Origin: Octopus vulgaris
Lineage: Eukaryota
Assembly (NCBI GenBank): GCA_951406725.2
Contig: OX597816.1
Location: forward strand, 112,964,001 to 113,028,000
Direction: 5' to 3'
DNA: 64,000 nucleotides
Every line of letters starts with the position of its first letter. The stretch's first letter is position 1. Made by a program: the position numbers and the translations under genes. A model generated the notes under the pieces. That model did not search any database and was not told the origin of the DNA. It worked only from the letters and a program-made list of their open reading frames with translations. Below are positions 62,990-64,000 of this stretch, piece after piece.

Positions 62990-63527
62990 ATCATCATTAT
63001 CATTTAATGTCTGCTTTCCATGCTGGCATGGGTTGAACAGTTTGAATGAAAACTGGCAAGCCAGAAGGCTGCACCAGGCTCCAATCTGGTTTGGCATGGT
63101 TTCTACAGTTGGATGCCCTTCGTAATGCCAACCACTCCAAGAATGTAGTGAGTACTTTTTGTGTGCCACCAGCTTGGGAGCCAGTCAAGCAGCACTGGCA
63201 TTGGCCATGCTCGAATGGTGTCTTTTACATGTCACTGGCACAGGTGACTTTGCAAGCACAGCATATTGCCCAGCAATTGAAGGATGCTTTTAAATGGGCC
63301 AGCTATGCGACACTAGCATTGGCCATGAGTACAAATTCACTTGACTTGCTGGGTCTTCTCAAGCACAGCACATCTTCAAAGGTCTCGGTTGCTTGTCATC
63401 ACCTCTGTGAGGCCCAACATTCGAAGGTTGTGCTTCACTACCTGCTCCCATGTCTTCCTGGGTCTACATTTTCCTCAGGGTCCCTCCACTATTAGGGTAT
63501 GACACTTCTCACAACTGTCCTCATCCA
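62990..63527 (-). mobile_element. RTE LINE 3' end (ORF2 C-terminus + UTR)
   Basis: Minus translation DEDSCEKCHTLIVEGP*GKCRPRKTWEQVVKHNLRMLGLTEVMTSNRDL*RCAVLEKT, then the family UTR and (GAT)n. Confidence 0.9.
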
Positions 63528-63670
63528 GCAGTGTGAAGATGTGTCACACCCTAACTGGATATACACTCATATGTGTTTGTTTATATTTGAGTTACTTTCT
63601 CCTCACTTTGACAGCTAGTATTGGTTTTTTTACGTGTGTGTGTGTGTGTGTGTGTATGTGTCAGTGTATA

Positions 63671-63900
63671 CAGGATGTTTCAAAAGTAACTAATGGATTT
63701 CGATTTTTAATAGCTTCCTTAACTTTACAAATAAATGCATCACATTTTGATACAATATAAAGGACATGATGGAAAGTAGGAACTCTGTAATATGTACTAA
63801 ATATAAACTATGGGTGCACAGAATGTGCAGAAGGATTACAGGCGGACTCACAAGGAAGAAAACCTTGTTTTATAGAAGGGACAGAAGAATAGTTCACATT
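63671..63900 (+). mobile_element. Possible Tc1/mariner left end
   Basis: TA|caggatgtttcaaaa resembles a mariner-type TIR start; VQKDYRRTH resembles a VQRxFRR transposase N-terminus. No partner TIR in the window. Confidence 0.3.
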
Positions 63901-64000
63901 AAATGCCTTTGTGAAATAAAATTCTTTCAATTGTTTGCAAAGCTTACTGTAGTTGATAGCTTCTACCTAATTAATGTAGTTAATGAAGCTAGTATGCTAC

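Overview
This is an AT-rich, microsatellite-dense eukaryotic window. The SINE, MITE and RTE-tail families resemble those I recognise from Octopus genomes; the species assignment is inferred, not searched. I find no intact protein-coding gene, RNA gene or CRISPR array. Most supplied ORFs are translations of (TA)n/(CA)n repeats, SINE bodies, or the wrong frame of transposon fossils. The window reads as a giant intron or gene desert filled with mobile-element debris: at least four tRNA-derived SINE families; RTE-clade and CR1-group LINE fragments; a probable Gypsy integrase relic; two piggyBac-type MITEs; a foldback-like element; and DNA-transposase fossils (Tigger/pogo, hAT, Tc1-like, IS630/Gambol-like). 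The best leads are (1) a full-length 1222-bp Tc1-like element with a DD36E triad (Incomer-type) at 25401-26622, (2) an IS630/Gambol-like DD34E fossil between long, internally repetitive inverted repeats at ~50975-52480, and (3) isolated plus-strand splice signals (a zero-length AG|GTAAGT site at 41774/41775 and an 11-nt microexon candidate at 11295-11305) that hint at recursive splicing in a very long intron. All translations and alignments were done by eye, and boundaries of degenerate elements are approximate.
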